Program-made: the position numbers and the translations under genes
IMG/VR virus record: IMGVR_UViG_2842447887_000002
Coordinates: 930 to 64,929 of that record
Strand: one strand, 5' to 3'
DNA: 64,000 bases
Source: a virus
Taxonomy: Duplodnaviria; Caudoviricetes
Notes under the pieces: generated by a model
Seen by the model: only the letters and a program-made list of their open reading frames with translations
What the model was told of the DNA's origin: nothing
The model's database searches: none
Part shown: piece by piece, positions 63,377 to 64,000 of the stretch
Layout: every line of letters begins with the position of its first letter
How positions within the stretch are numbered: the stretch's first letter is position 1

Positions 63377-64000
63377 ATGATACCGATTAAGCTGCACTGG
63401 GAGCGCCGGGTAGACGGGTTCGAAAAGGACCCTGACAGACCGGACGAGTTGCGAGCGCGAAGTCACCGTACCGATCCCCTCATCCACGAGATCGCCGATC
63501 TGGAGAACCCCCTGGTCCTGCGTCTTATGAACTGCCGGACTGATGAAGAGTTCATCGAATTCGTTAATCGCTTCGGCTCACCGCTGCACTTCGATGACGC
63601 GGTACTCTCCCTGTCACTCATCAGGGGGATGGCGGAAGGACTTAGGACCCAGGCTGTCGATACCATCGGGAAGCACCTCAGCCCTCATGAAAGGGCACAT
63701 TTCATCAATGAGGCGATAAGCAATGTGTCCCTTCGACCGGCTTACGTTTGCTCCGAGGAGACCGGCCGGGGGCGGCTAATTCTGGAAGCGGATAGCCTCC
63801 ACACATTCATGATGATGGAACACCTCGCCGCGCATGAAGCCGGAGCCGTAGCAACCTCCTGCGAGCACTGCGACAAGCTTTTCTTGACCGGCCCGCTCAC
63901 CGGACGGCGATCCCATGCCAAATTCTGTTCTGACCGTTGCCGCGTCGCGGCCATGCGGGCACGGAACGCTGCAAAGGAGGCTGATCATGTCAGTGCGTAA
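63377..64000 (+). CDS. CGNR zinc-finger regulator
   Basis: CEHCDKLF...AKFCSDRCRVAAMRAR. Confidence 0.8.
   Translation: MIPIKLHWERRVDGFEKDPDRPDELRARSHRTDPLIHEIADLENPLVLRLMNCRTDEEFIEFVNRFGSPLHFDDAVLSLSLIRGMAEGLRTQAVDTIGKHLSPHERAHFINEAISNVSLRPAYVCSEETGRGRLILEADSLHTFMMMEHLAAHEAGAVATSCEHCDKLFLTGPLTGRRSHAKFCSDRCRVAAMRARNAAKEADHVSA
63987..64000 (+). CDS. Start of the probable island integrase (truncated by the window)
   Basis: AGGAGG RBS then ATGTCAGTGCGTAA (MSVRK...), an N-terminus typical of rhizobial integrases; only 4 full codons visible. Confidence 0.4.

Larger units (their letters stand above)
54491..64000. mobile_element. Phage satellite/PICI-like island at tRNA-Cys (continues past the window)
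   Basis: TerS, cos-like site, capsid, AAA_25 helicase, Xis-like HTH and an integrase start; no portal, TerL or tail genes in the part seen. Confidence 0.75.

Overview
GC-rich alphaproteobacterial (Rhizobiaceae-like) chromosome window holding two integrated elements separated by about 1.5 kb of host DNA. (1) Bases 1-52877 are most of a lambda-like temperate siphophage prophage inserted at the 3' end of tRNA-Asn(GTT); its other end lies left of the window. Gene order: leftward accessory arm; cI/cro switch with four 16-bp operators; early-right arm (CII-like, GapR-like, AAA ATPase, ParB/MT-A70 fusion, C5 methyltransferase, Mom-like GNAT, initiator with iterons, NusG-type antiterminator); structured leader plus a lambda-type cos; Nu1/gpA terminase, gpW, portal, S49 protease, scaffold, decoration protein, gpE-type capsid; a five-gene glycosyl/methyltransferase cassette coupled to the capsid gene; tail genes with an out-of-frame break in the tape measure; holin, endolysin, spanins; a moron region (22-aa peptide-hairpin-XRE module, Arc repressor, ATP-dependent ligase); integrase. 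(2) From 54491 past the window end is a phage-satellite-like island at tRNA-Cys(GCA): HK97-fold capsid, small terminase, cos-like site, AAA_25 helicase, excisionase, a CGNR-finger regulator and a HEPN-motif cargo protein; its probable integrase starts at 63987. Best candidates for undescribed biology: the capsid-coupled glycan cassette, the peptide-hairpin-XRE module, and the NusG-paralogue leader RNA. All family assignments come from motif recognition by eye; no searches were run.
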